Shown: positions 47,957 to 57,793 of the stretch, one piece after another
Numbering within the stretch: the first letter of the stretch is position 1
How the letters are laid out: each line of letters opens with the position of its first letter
Assembly: GCA_002385415.1 (NCBI GenBank)
Contig: DGDL01000016.1
Span: 1-63,430 of the forward strand
Reading direction: 5' to 3'
Length of the DNA stretch: 63,430 nt
Source: Clostridiales bacterium UBA3953
GTDB taxonomy: Bacteria; Bacillota; Clostridia; Oscillospirales; CAG-272
Notes under the pieces: generated by a model
Told to the model about the DNA's origin: nothing
Seen by the model: only the letters and a program-made list of their open reading frames with translations
Database searches by the model: none
Translations under genes and position numbers: made by a program

Positions 47957-50326
47957 ATGTCTGCCAATCTTGTAATTATCGAGTCGCCTCACAAGGCGAA
48001 TACAATAAAAGGTTTTCTTGGATCAAGCTACAAGGTCTTGGCTTCCAACGGACATGTCCGAGACCTTCCGAAATCCACGCTCGGTGTGGATATTGAAAAC
48101 GGATTTGCGCCGCGATATATCAACATACGCGGCAAAGGCGAGCTGATACGCGAGCTTAAAAAAGAGGTGAAAGCAGCCGAGCGCGTCTATCTGGCCGCTG
48201 ACCCCGACCGCGAGGGAGAAGCTATCTCATGGCATCTTGCGGTTGCGCTTGATATACCGGAAGAGAAAATAAGACGCGTTACGTTCAACGAGCTGACCAA
48301 AACAGCCGTTCGAAACGGGTTCAAGTCGCCTCGACCGATTGACATGAATTTGGTCAACTCGCAGCAGGCCAGGCGCATACTTGACAGAATTGTGGGCTAC
48401 AAGCTCAGCCCGTTTTTATGGAAGAAGGTGCGCAGCGGGCTTTCGGCCGGTCGCGTTCAGTCGGTTGCGACGCGCATAATTGTCGAACGCGAAGAGGAAA
48501 TCCGCGCATTCGTGCCGGAAGAGTACTGGACGGTCGAAGCCGTGCTCGGAAAAGGCAAAAAGAAGTTCCGGGCAAAGTACTACGGCGATTTAAACGAGCG
48601 TGGCCAAATTGACCGCGTCGAGCTGAAAAACGGCGAGCAGGCGCACGCTGTGGTCGACAGTGTAACCGGAAAGCCTTTCAGGGTATTATCTGTTAAGAAG
48701 GCTGTTCGCCAAAAGAATCCTGCCCCGCCGTTTATCACGTCCACACTGCTGCAGGAAGCGTCAAGGAAACTGGGCTTCCAGTCGCAGCGCATAATGCGCG
48801 TGGCGCAGGAGCTTTATGAAGGAGTCAACCTCGGCAGCGCGGGCGGAGGCGTGCACGGTCTGATAACCTACATGCGTACCGACTCGCTCCGCGTATCGTC
48901 CGAGGCGGCCGAAGCAGCAAAGGAATATATCATAGAAGAGTTCGGTGAAAAATATTATCCGCAGACCCCGCGCTCGTATAAAACCGACGCATCCGCTCAG
49001 GACGCACACGAGGCGATAAGGCCCACTGATTTGAAGCTTACCCCCGACTCTATCAAAAAACTGCTTACCCCCGACCAATACAAGCTGTATAAATTGATTT
49101 GGAGCCGGTTTGTCGCAAGCCAGATGGCGTCAGCCGAGCTTGACACCGTCACAGCCGAACTCGAAACCGGCGGACGAGTGTTCCGGGCAAGCGGCTATAC
49201 AGTGCGTTTCAACGGCTATCTTGCCGTTTACGGCGATGCCGACGATAAAGACGAAAAAGATAACGGAGCCGCGGATCGAAAAGCCGAGCAGAGTGAAGCT
49301 GTTCATAAGACAAAGCTGCCGGAGCTTGTCGAGGGCGAGGAGCTTGCCGCCGAATCGGTTTCACCCGAGCAGCATTTTACAGAGCCGCCGCCCCGTTTTA
49401 CCGAAGGTTCGCTTATCAAGTTCCTAAAAGACAAGGGCATCGGCCGCCCGAGCACCTATACCCCCATAATCACCACCATAATCGAACGGGGATATGTAAA
49501 GCGCGAAGGCAAGACGCTTGTTCCGACACCGCTCGGAGAGATTACGACCAAGATTATGGTCGAAAGCTTCACCGACATCGTGGACTATGAGTTCACCGCC
49601 CAAATGGAAGAGCAGCTGGACAACATCGAAAACGGCAAGCTCAGCATGCTTGATGTGCTGAGCGAGTTTTATACCGGTTTCGAAGCCAGCCTGATAAAGG
49701 CAGAGCAAACGGTTTCGCGCGAAGACATTAATTTGCCGGTCGAAGAGACCGACCTGGAGTGCGAAAAGTGCGGCAGCCGCATGATAGTGAAAAACGGTCG
49801 CTATGGCAAATTCGCCGCATGCCCCAACTATCCCGAATGTAAAAACACAAAGCCGCTCGATAAAAACGGCAATCCCACCGAAAAAAGCCGCGACACCGCC
49901 GAGCCTACCGACGAGGTATGCGACAAATGCGGCGCGCAGATGGTGAAACGTCACGGGCGCTATGGGGAGTTTCTTGCCTGCAGCCGCTTCCCCGATTGCA
50001 AAAACACCAAGCAGATATTGCATGAGATAGGTGTAAAATGCCCGAAGTGCGGCAAAGAGCTGGTGCGGCGCTACGGCAGGAATCGCAGCGTGTTCTATAG
50101 CTGTATGGGCTATCCGGACTGCGACTTTGTGTCGTGGGATCAGCCGACAAACGAAACATGCCCCAATTGCGGAAAGCCGCTTTACATTAAAAAAGGCAAA
50201 CGCCAAATCGTTTGTAAAGAGAAATCCTGCGGATACAAGCGTGATCTGCCGGAGGAAGACGAAAACGGCACAAGCGAAGCCGGCAGCAAAACAGAATCTG
50301 ACCGTGCAGCCGGAGAGGACGTATAA
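47957..50326 (+). CDS. topA: DNA topoisomerase I with C-terminal zinc ribbons
   Basis: 789 aa. LVIIESPHKA. Active-site region ITYMRTDS. Four CxxC...CxxC ribbons at the C-terminus. Confidence 0.97.
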   Translation: MSANLVIIESPHKANTIKGFLGSSYKVLASNGHVRDLPKSTLGVDIENGFAPRYINIRGKGELIRELKKEVKAAERVYLAADPDREGEAISWHLAVALDIPEEKIRRVTFNELTKTAVRNGFKSPRPIDMNLVNSQQARRILDRIVGYKLSPFLWKKVRSGLSAGRVQSVATRIIVEREEEIRAFVPEEYWTVEAVLGKGKKKFRAKYYGDLNERGQIDRVELKNGEQAHAVVDSVTGKPFRVLSVKKAVRQKNPAPPFITSTLLQEASRKLGFQSQRIMRVAQELYEGVNLGSAGGGVHGLITYMRTDSLRVSSEAAEAAKEYIIEEFGEKYYPQTPRSYKTDASAQDAHEAIRPTDLKLTPDSIKKLLTPDQYKLYKLIWSRFVASQMASAELDTVTAELETGGRVFRASGYTVRFNGYLAVYGDADDKDEKDNGAADRKAEQSEAVHKTKLPELVEGEELAAESVSPEQHFTEPPPRFTEGSLIKFLKDKGIGRPSTYTPIITTIIERGYVKREGKTLVPTPLGEITTKIMVESFTDIVDYEFTAQMEEQLDNIENGKLSMLDVLSEFYTGFEASLIKAEQTVSREDINLPVEETDLECEKCGSRMIVKNGRYGKFAACPNYPECKNTKPLDKNGNPTEKSRDTAEPTDEVCDKCGAQMVKRHGRYGEFLACSRFPDCKNTKQILHEIGVKCPKCGKELVRRYGRNRSVFYSCMGYPDCDFVSWDQPTNETCPNCGKPLYIKKGKRQIVCKEKSCGYKRDLPEEDENGTSEAGSKTESDRAAGEDV

Positions 50327-50329
50327 CTG

Positions 50330-51337
50330 ATGAGAATCTTGATAGACGCAATGAGCGGCGACCACGCCCCGCTCGAAATCATACACGGAGCCGTGATGGC
50401 CGCCTCTGCCTATGACTGTGAAATAACGCTTATCGGTGACGAGGACACAATTTTAAATCTGGCAAGCGAGCACAATCTGGAAATCAACCGCAGCAATATC
50501 CAGCTTGTTCACTCCAGCAGCATAATTTCAATGGAAGACGCTCCGCTGTCGGTTGTGCGCGAAAAAAGCGACTCGTCTATGGCTGTCGGCCTTAAAATGC
50601 TGGCAGCCGGCGAGGGCGACGCCTTTGTGTCGGCAGGCAATACGGGCGCTCTATATGCCGGCTCCACGCTGATTGTGCGCCGCATAAAGGGCGTGAAAAA
50701 AGCCGCGATAGCCACGATTATGCCGTTCGGCCGCCCGATGCTGATGCTGGACTGCGGCGCAAATGTGGAGCTTGCGCCGGAGGCGTATGTTCAGCTTGCG
50801 CAGATGGGCACGATATACATGCGCAGCATATTCGGCATACCGTCGCCCGAGGTGGGTCTGCTCAATATCGGGGAAGAACGCACGAAAGGCACAAAACTGC
50901 TTGTTGATGTCTATAACATGCTTGAGCAGGACCCGACGATAAACTTCAAGGGCAACATAGAAGGCAAAGAGCTGCCCTATGGCGTCTGCGACGTGCTTGT
51001 GACCGACGGTTTTACCGGCAACATCGTGCTTAAACTCACCGAAGGCTGCAGCAGCTTTTTAATGCAAAAAATCAAAGACGTCTTTTATTCAAACTTTTTG
51101 ACAAAAGCCTCTGCGCTTTTTGTAAAAAAAGGTATGACAAAGCTCAAAAACGAGTTCAGTGCCTCGCAATACGGCGGCGCGCCGCTGCTCGGAATTTCAA
51201 GGCCTGTAATCAAAGCGCACGGCAGCTCGGATGCCGAGGCTATCAAAAACGCAGTGCGCCAGGCTATTGGATATATAAACACCGGTATAATATACGAAAT
51301 AGCGCGCCTTACGGTAGGCGACGAGCTGGGAGAGTAA
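50330..51337 (+). CDS. plsX: phosphate acyltransferase PlsX
   Basis: 335 aa. DAMSGDHAP, GNTGA, VKAHGSSD. Confidence 0.95.
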   Translation: MRILIDAMSGDHAPLEIIHGAVMAASAYDCEITLIGDEDTILNLASEHNLEINRSNIQLVHSSSIISMEDAPLSVVREKSDSSMAVGLKMLAAGEGDAFVSAGNTGALYAGSTLIVRRIKGVKKAAIATIMPFGRPMLMLDCGANVELAPEAYVQLAQMGTIYMRSIFGIPSPEVGLLNIGEERTKGTKLLVDVYNMLEQDPTINFKGNIEGKELPYGVCDVLVTDGFTGNIVLKLTEGCSSFLMQKIKDVFYSNFLTKASALFVKKGMTKLKNEFSASQYGGAPLLGISRPVIKAHGSSDAEAIKNAVRQAIGYINTGIIYEIARLTVGDELGE

Positions 51338-51343
51338 TTTGCC

Positions 51344-52036
51344 GTGGATTTTAGCGAGCTTGAAAAAGCGATTGGGTATGAGTTTCGCGATAAGGAGCTG
51401 TTGAAGATGGCGCTGACCCATTCGTCATACTCCAACGAGATGAAGGCGAAGGGGATGGCGGTTGAGTGCAACGAACGCGCCGAATTTCTTGGCGACGCGG
51501 TGTTGTCCTGTATTGCAAGCTCATACCTTTACACAAACCATCCGAAGCTGTCCGAAGGCGAGCTCACGCGCATACGCGCACAGGCAGTTTGCGAACGAGC
51601 ACTATGCGAGTATGCGCAGGAGCTCGGGCTGGGGAAGTATCTGCTTCTTGGACACGGCGAGGTGATTTCACATGGCGAACGCCGCCCCTCAATCCTTGCC
51701 GATGCGTTTGAGGCATTGCTTGCGGCCATTTGGCTGGACGGCGGCGCAAAAGAGGCCGAAAAATTTGCGCTGCGGTTTCTCGAGCCGGAAATAAAGCGTG
51801 CCCTGACCTCAAACAATCAAGACTATAAATCACAGCTGCAGCAGTTCGTCCAGCTCGAGCGCGACGTGCTTTTGGAATATGTGGTGGTAGACGAAGCCGG
51901 CCCGCCGCACCGGCGTGTTTTCACGGTGGAGGCCAGGCTCAACAATAACATAATAGGCAGAGGTAAAAGCGGCACTAAGCGCGAAGCCGAGCAGCTCGCG
52001 GCTAAAGAGGCGCTGCGCCTGTTCGGGCTCGAATGA
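51344..52036 (+). CDS. rnc: ribonuclease III
   Basis: 230 aa. ERAEFLGDAVL signature. C-terminal dsRBD (GSGTKREAEQLAAKEAL). Confidence 0.95.
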   Translation: MDFSELEKAIGYEFRDKELLKMALTHSSYSNEMKAKGMAVECNERAEFLGDAVLSCIASSYLYTNHPKLSEGELTRIRAQAVCERALCEYAQELGLGKYLLLGHGEVISHGERRPSILADAFEALLAAIWLDGGAKEAEKFALRFLEPEIKRALTSNNQDYKSQLQQFVQLERDVLLEYVVVDEAGPPHRRVFTVEARLNNNIIGRGKSGTKREAEQLAAKEALRLFGLE

Positions 52037-52803
52037 AAACAAAGCTGAATGTGGCGGACAAGCCTCTGCAAACTTTAGCCGGGCAAAAAAGGGCACCTGA
52101 AAAAGCTGCGGGCGGTATAGGCACGCTCGGTGAACGCACACTGCATGCCGCACTCAAGCGACACTTCGAGCCGGACGTAACCTACCATGAAATAAGATAC
52201 AAAGGATATGTCGCAGACATCATGCGCGGGGACGAGATTATCGAGATCCAAACGCGCGCGCTGAATGTCATGCGGACTAAGCTGACCGTTTTCCTTGCCG
52301 ACAACAAGGTGACGGTAGTCCACCCTGTGGTGCGCGAAAAATGGCTGAATTGGGTGAATTCCGGCACCGGGGAAATTGTCCGCCGCAGAAAATCACCCAA
52401 GCGCGGCGCGCCGCTTGACGCGTTTGCGGAGCTTTACAAAATCAAAATGTTTCTGCGCGACCCGAATTTGACAATTTGCCTTCTGCCGGTCGACGTGGAG
52501 GAGTACAGGCGGCTGGACGGGGGCGGCAAAAGCCCAAGAAAAGGCTGGACGCGCGCAGAGCAAATTCCCACAGCAGTGGGCGAACCTGTGTATCTGAATG
52601 ATGCTTTTGACTATGCGGCGCTGCTTTCGGGTCTGCCGGACGAGTTTACGTCCGCGGAGGTAGCGAAAGCGAAAAAGCTATCCATTGGCATGGCACAAAC
52701 CGTTTTAAACGTGATGAGCCATGTGGAAGCCGTGTGTTGTATCGGCAAACGAGGACGCTGTAAGCTATATAAAATCCGGACAACTGGAGAAAGTGATATA
52801 TGA
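52033..52803 (+). CDS. hypothetical protein, possible PD-(D/E)xK (CoiA-like IEIQ motif) nuclease fold plus C-terminal wHTH-like region
   Basis: 256 aa. GERTLHAALKRHF...YVADIMRGDEIIEIQT...VTVVHPV. Start overlaps the rnc stop (ATGA) and stop overlaps the asnA start (ATGA). Confidence 0.45.
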   Translation: MKTKLNVADKPLQTLAGQKRAPEKAAGGIGTLGERTLHAALKRHFEPDVTYHEIRYKGYVADIMRGDEIIEIQTRALNVMRTKLTVFLADNKVTVVHPVVREKWLNWVNSGTGEIVRRRKSPKRGAPLDAFAELYKIKMFLRDPNLTICLLPVDVEEYRRLDGGGKSPRKGWTRAEQIPTAVGEPVYLNDAFDYAALLSGLPDEFTSAEVAKAKKLSIGMAQTVLNVMSHVEAVCCIGKRGRCKLYKIRTTGESDI

Positions 52804-53807
52804 GTGAACTTGTAATACCTAAAAACTACAAACCGCTACTCGACATGCGTCGTACCGAAATTGCGATAAAGAAGGTCAAAGATTTTTTTGAGCGCGACCT
52901 TGCGATAGCGCTTAACCTGACAAGGGTTTCTGCACCGCTTTTTTTGCGCGCGAGCAGCGGCCTAAACGATGATTTGTCCGGAGTTGAGCGTGCAGTTTCG
53001 TTTGATATACCCGACTTGGGCGAGGTTGCCGAAATCCCTCAGTCGCTGGCGAAATGGAAACGCTGGGCACTGGGCGTTTACGGTTTTCAGCGCGGCGAGG
53101 GTCTTTACACCGACATGAATGCAATCCGCCGCGATGAGATTACCGATAACATGCACTCTATTTATGTCGACCAGTGGGACTGGGAGCTTGTTATCGACGC
53201 ATCTGATCGCAACGTCGAAACCTTGAAAAAGATAGTACGTAGAATATACGCGTGTCTGCTTCATACCGAGCGTTATATCGCAAACGAATATGATTTTGTG
53301 GACACGCTGCTTCCTGAAGAGATACATTTTGTTACCGCCCAGGAGCTTGAGGACGAGTATCCCGACCTGACCCCTAAAGAGCGCGAATATATGGCTGTAA
53401 AGCGCTATGGCGCGATTTTCCTCATGGGCATAGGCGGCAAGATGAAATCCGGCCAAATCCATGACGGGCGCGCGCCCGACTATGACGACTGGTCGCTAAA
53501 CGGCGATATAATAGTCCATTATCCGGTGCTCGACAATGCGTTCGAGCTTTCGAGCATGGGTATTAGAGTTGATGCTCCGACTCTGCTGGCGCAGCTTGCC
53601 GAGCGCGGTTGCCCCGAGCGTGCCGAGCTGCCGTTTCACAAAGCGCTTCTTGAGGGGCGGCTGCCGCTTACGATAGGCGGCGGAATCGGACAGTCGCGAA
53701 TGTGCATGTATTTCCTGCGAAAAGCGCATATCGGCGAAGTGCAGTCGTCGATTTGGAGTGAAGAAGACGAAAAGCGCTGCCGTGAAGCCGGAATTATGCT
53801 ATTGTAA
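52800..53807 (+). CDS. asnA: aspartate--ammonia ligase (asparagine synthetase A)
   Basis: 335 aa. N-terminus IPKNYKPLLDMRRTEIAIKKVKDFFE, class II aaRS-like core, GGGIGQSRMCM. Confidence 0.9.
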   Translation: MSELVIPKNYKPLLDMRRTEIAIKKVKDFFERDLAIALNLTRVSAPLFLRASSGLNDDLSGVERAVSFDIPDLGEVAEIPQSLAKWKRWALGVYGFQRGEGLYTDMNAIRRDEITDNMHSIYVDQWDWELVIDASDRNVETLKKIVRRIYACLLHTERYIANEYDFVDTLLPEEIHFVTAQELEDEYPDLTPKEREYMAVKRYGAIFLMGIGGKMKSGQIHDGRAPDYDDWSLNGDIIVHYPVLDNAFELSSMGIRVDAPTLLAQLAERGCPERAELPFHKALLEGRLPLTIGGGIGQSRMCMYFLRKAHIGEVQSSIWSEEDEKRCREAGIMLL

Positions 53808-53820
53808 TATCGAAAACAAT

Positions 53821-53862
53821 GGGCGCACAACCCATGCGGCAATTGCCGTCGGCTGTGCGCCC
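53821..53862. terminator. convergent (bidirectional) hairpin terminator
   Basis: GGGCGCACA (53821-53829) / TGTGCGCCC (53854-53862), lying between the convergent asnA and the DUF1861-like gene. Confidence 0.65.
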
Positions 53863-53874
53863 TTTATGTTTGGT

Positions 53875-54837
53875 TTATTCATACTCGAGAAACGGGTCGT
53901 CTATTAATATGCACCCTTCGCATGCGTCGCTGAGGCCGGAGTAGAGCATTGCCTTGCCTCCCCCAAGCCGCACGATTCCCGAAGTGAAGGTGACATCTGC
54001 GAGCCTTGGCTGTTTTGCCGGCGCGTCCGGAAAACACGAGCGGTCTGCTATGATTTTGGGCTGTGTGTGCGTGCCGCTCTCGCAGTCGACCGCAAATGCC
54101 ATGCTGTAGTAATGGAGATGGTGCACGCCGTCTATTACTTCACCCCACGACCGGTGGCCGATCACGCCTATTTTGCCACTGCCGAGGTCGTATAGCTGGT
54201 TGCAGCCGCCCCACTCGTCGTCGGGGAAGAGTTTTTCGATAAACGGCGCGTTGTATATAAATTCGGGTGTGATGTCGCCCATATTTTCTGCGATGGCAAA
54301 ACCCACTTTGCAAACGCAGCTATACTTTTTCTTTATCGCCTCGTCGTTTGGGCGCGAGAACACCGCTATGCGACCGTCGGCAAGCTGGAGCAGGCGGATG
54401 TCTTTCATGTATCCCGGCCCGGAAAATACGTACTTTAGCTCGTATATGGACTTGCCACGATAAAACTGTGTTTCATAGTAAATGGGATTTTTGTCCCAGT
54501 CGACATACACGCCGCCGAGCACAAGCTCGCCGTCTATATGTGTAACGAACGGGTCTTGCAGTTCAAACACCGGCGCGTCGGGCATCAGCGACCACTCCGT
54601 GCCGCTGCCTTCAAAAAACATAGTGCGTGAACGCTCCGAGTCGCGGCTTTCAACACGCCCGGCGATTATAGTGCGGCCGCCGTCGATGAAGGGAACGGAT
54701 GTATTATAGACATCGAGACCGTCTACGCCGCAAAATTTTAGAATCTCGCCGCGGTTTTTTGGATAGCTATATTGTTTAAAATGCTCAAGCTGTTTTTTGC
54801 CCGGCTCCGGTTTTGTGATTTTCTCAAACACTGCCAT
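53875..54837 (-). CDS. DUF1861-like beta-propeller protein (glycosidase-like)
   Basis: 320 aa. VYNTSVPFIDGGRTIIAGRVESRDSE and repeated blade-like segments. Family assignment from memory only. Confidence 0.45.
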   Translation of the reverse strand: MAVFEKITKPEPGKKQLEHFKQYSYPKNRGEILKFCGVDGLDVYNTSVPFIDGGRTIIAGRVESRDSERSRTMFFEGSGTEWSLMPDAPVFELQDPFVTHIDGELVLGGVYVDWDKNPIYYETQFYRGKSIYELKYVFSGPGYMKDIRLLQLADGRIAVFSRPNDEAIKKKYSCVCKVGFAIAENMGDITPEFIYNAPFIEKLFPDDEWGGCNQLYDLGSGKIGVIGHRSWGEVIDGVHHLHYYSMAFAVDCESGTHTQPKIIADRSCFPDAPAKQPRLADVTFTSGIVRLGGGKAMLYSGLSDACEGCILIDDPFLEYE

Positions 54838-54840
54838 ATC

Positions 54841-55344
54841 TTACATTCCCCGCATTTTACTTTTTCTTTTTCGCTTAGCTGCATTCAGCAAAAAGCAAAG
54901 GAAAGCGGCAAAAGCCACCCCGAAAACGGCGCCCGCCGTATCTATCAGAAAATCGCGCAGCTCGCAACTTCGCCCAGGCACAAAATACTGGTGAATCTCG
55001 TCGCTTGCCGCAAAAATTACACTATAAACAAGCCCCGTCAGTTTATGCAACCCGAAAAAATGTGCTGTTGCCGCGCCGAGCATGCCAAGCACGGCATAAA
55101 CAGAAAAATGAGCGAATTTGCGTACATAAAACTGAAGGCTGTCTATATATTCAAGTTTTTCGTCCGGCGGCAGCTTTTCAAATTCGTGGTCGATAATAGT
55201 GGCAACAAGCGTTATAATATGGGCGCTTTCTTCCGACGATTCTTCAGCCGTTTTGCTTGACCTTGCAAATATAAAAACCGACCATGCCAAAAGAAGAGCC
55301 AAAAACACAAGTCCTGCTTTGACGTTTCTGTTTTTATTTATCAT
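54841..55344 (-). CDS. VanZ-family membrane protein
   Basis: 167 aa, four TM helices, SDEIHQYFVPGRSCELRDFLIDTAGA motif. Confidence 0.8.
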   Translation of the reverse strand: MINKNRNVKAGLVFLALLLAWSVFIFARSSKTAEESSEESAHIITLVATIIDHEFEKLPPDEKLEYIDSLQFYVRKFAHFSVYAVLGMLGAATAHFFGLHKLTGLVYSVIFAASDEIHQYFVPGRSCELRDFLIDTAGAVFGVAFAAFLCFLLNAAKRKRKSKMRGM

Positions 55345-55616
55345 TCAGCCTCCGTGCAAAGCGAAAGCTGTCTAACATGTAAATCATTGTGCCTGCACCT
55401 CAATTTTCTGCGCGTAAAATTGCTGGAGCGCTTTTTGTTTTTTATAAAGTGAAAATGCTGTGAGCTTTGTTTTTGCTTTGCGCCGGGAAAAACCATGGGA
55501 AATTATAACATGGTTTTACAGCAGTGTAAATAGCAAACGTGCTATTAATTTTTACCAGAAAGTGCATGCCCACTCGGCTTTTTTCGCGGGCGGGCGGTTT
55601 TATAGCAGCAGGATAT

Positions 55617-55799
55617 TCAGCTGCGTTTTTCGCGGCGCTTGACGCACTCGGTTAAAAGGTACTCGATTTGCCCGTTTAGTGAGCGGAATTCGTCTTCTGC
55701 CCACGCCTGAAGTTTGCGGTAAAGCTCCGGCGAGAGGCGCAGTAAAATCTGCTTTTTGGGGTTTTTGTCCTCGGATTTTGTATTTTTGGTGCTGTCCAT
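55617..55799 (-). CDS. Arc/MetJ-type ribbon-helix-helix DNA-binding protein
   Basis: 60 aa. [34 protein letters not shown] matches the beta-alpha-alpha RHH pattern. Confidence 0.7.
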   Translation of the reverse strand: MDSTKNTKSEDKNPKKQILLRLSPELYRKLQAWAEDEFRSLNGQIEYLLTECVKRREKRS

Positions 55800-55811
55800 T
55801 TTATCGCGCTC

Positions 55812-56831
55812 TTAATACAGACTACCGCTGTTTACAACGGGCTGAGCGTCCCGGTTTCCACAGAGCACCACGAGCAGATTGGACACCATGGCCGCTTTGC
55901 GCTCGTCGTCAAGCTCGACGATATTGTTTTCGTTGAGCTTGTTCAGCGCCATCTCGACCATGCCGACCGCTCCGTCCACAATCAGCTTGCGCGCGTCGAC
56001 AATTGCCGTTGCCTGTTGACGCTGAAGCATGGCAGCCGCGATTTCGGGCGAATAGGCAAGATGCGTGATGCGAGCCTCGATAATCTCAAGCCCAGCGATT
56101 TCGACCTTGCTCTGCAGTTCTTCCTTAATTCGGGTTGCGACTTCGGCGCTCGAGCCGCGCAGTGACATCTCATCGCCATCATCATCCGCTGTGTCATACG
56201 GGAACATGCGCACGATGTTGCGCAGTGAAGCGTCGCACTGTACAGATAGATACTCCATATAATTGTCGACATTGAACACTGCCATCGCGGTGTTGACAAC
56301 GCGCCAAATTACGTTCACTCCGACCTCGATGGGGTTGCCGAGCCGGTCGTTGACCTTTTGCTTTTCGTTTACAAGCGTCAGGGTTTTAAGTGAAATATGC
56401 TTTCTAAGCGCCGGCTGAACGCTAACTTTACCGGTGTTTACCAAATTAGCGGCCTGTGCCGCGGCGGCGGTATAAGGAGAGGCAACGGTAGGGTTGACCG
56501 CCGCGCTGAAGGGATTGACAAAGTAAAACCCTGGATTTTTCAGCGTTCCTGTGTATTTGCCGAACAAAGTGAGCACCAGCGCTTCGTTGGGATTGACAAC
56601 TTTCAGCCCCAAATAAAGAATCGGTCCGACGCAAACGTAAACGCATCCAAAAATCAAAAGCACAAGCCCAAACGCAAAATAGGTGCCCCCTTCCATTAAT
56701 GTTGCGCCGAATATAATCAGAAAAATCGACGCAATTATAAGTAAAGTGTTGATAATGAGAACAGGCATTCCGGGCCAGGCTTTTTGCTGGATTTCTTCCC
56801 GGACAAATGATTTTTCCCGCGGATTGTTCAT
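55812..56831 (-). CDS. SPFH/band-7 domain membrane protein
   Basis: Start at ATG 56831, 5 nt after AGGGAGAAG. Two N-terminal TM helices followed by an SPFH core ([15 protein letters not shown]..., [22 protein letters not shown]). Confidence 0.8.
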   Translation of the reverse strand: MNNPREKSFVREEIQQKAWPGMPVLIINTLLIIASIFLIIFGATLMEGGTYFAFGLVLLIFGCVYVCVGPILYLGLKVVNPNEALVLTLFGKYTGTLKNPGFYFVNPFSAAVNPTVASPYTAAAAQAANLVNTGKVSVQPALRKHISLKTLTLVNEKQKVNDRLGNPIEVGVNVIWRVVNTAMAVFNVDNYMEYLSVQCDASLRNIVRMFPYDTADDDGDEMSLRGSSAEVATRIKEELQSKVEIAGLEIIEARITHLAYSPEIAAAMLQRQQATAIVDARKLIVDGAVGMVEMALNKLNENNIVELDDERKAAMVSNLLVVLCGNRDAQPVVNSGSLY

Positions 56832-56866
56832 GGCACTTCTCCCTGTGATATTAAAATGATAGCATA

Positions 56867-56898
56867 ATGATATTATCATGATATGCAGGTGTTGTCAA
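56867..56898 (-). promoter_or_regulatory. promoter of the SPFH-RHH operon with a palindromic operator over the -10
   Basis: Minus strand: TTGACA (56898-56893), 17 nt, TAATAT (56875-56870). The perfect palindrome ATGATA-A-TATCAT (56879-56867) overlaps the -10. An extra TATCAT half-site lies at 56861-56856. Confidence 0.5.
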
Positions 56899-57059
56899 TA
56901 ATTTTACTGCACGACATAAAATTTTACATTTACTTAATTTTTAGCTATACTTTGGAGAGGCAAACTAATTATTGGCTTGAAATATATAAAATAATGGTTT
57001 ATAATAGAGCGGTAGTTTATAGTTGTTTAAAACAAAACGAAAAATGAGGTTTTATAAAA

Positions 57060-57728
57060 TTGCAGTTTTCCGCAGCTATTTTTGATTTGGACGGAACTTT
57101 ATGTGATACGATTGGAGACCTGCACACTTCGATGAACGAGATGCTTTGCACCGTCGGACTGCCGCAGGTGAGCAGAGAAACTGTGCTTGCAAGCATCAAC
57201 AACGGCGCGCGCGAGTTTGTGCGGGGCTGTTTGCCCGAAGAGTTGCAGCGCGACGAGCAAACGCTGGACCGCTGTCTTGCAATTTACAAAGAATGCTACG
57301 CCCGGCATTATCTTGACACCACATACGCCTATTCCGGCATGCCGGAGCTTGTAGCAGATCTGCGTGCCGCGGGATACAGGCTTGGCGTGCTTTCAAATAA
57401 ACATGACGAGATGGTCAAGACGATTATTTCAAAGGTATATGGCGACGATGCCTTTGACGATTATGCGGTTTGGGGCGGCAGCTCTATGTTCCCGCTGAAG
57501 CCCGACCCCGCGGCGGCATTTTATATAGCGGGCACACTGCGCGCCAGGCCGGACCAAACGGCATTTATCGGCGACTCTCATGTCGACATTGCCACCGCCA
57601 TTAATGCCGGTATGTTCCCGGTGGGAGTGTCCTGGGGTTATCGTTCGGCACAGGTGCTGCGCGATGCCGGCGCCAAGGCAGTATGTTCGTCGATCGACGA
57701 GCTTCGAAAATTATTGCTCGGGAAATAA
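57060..57728 (+). CDS. HAD-family hydrolase (phosphoglycolate-phosphatase-like)
   Basis: 222 aa. FDLDGTLCDT, LSNK, FIGDSHVDIATA. Confidence 0.85.
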   Translation: MQFSAAIFDLDGTLCDTIGDLHTSMNEMLCTVGLPQVSRETVLASINNGAREFVRGCLPEELQRDEQTLDRCLAIYKECYARHYLDTTYAYSGMPELVADLRAAGYRLGVLSNKHDEMVKTIISKVYGDDAFDDYAVWGGSSMFPLKPDPAAAFYIAGTLRARPDQTAFIGDSHVDIATAINAGMFPVGVSWGYRSAQVLRDAGAKAVCSSIDELRKLLLGK

Positions 57729-57793
57729 AATCCGCGCGCTCAAAATGCGATTGATTGTCAGCATTTTTATATATAACAAAGGAGTGTAATCTC

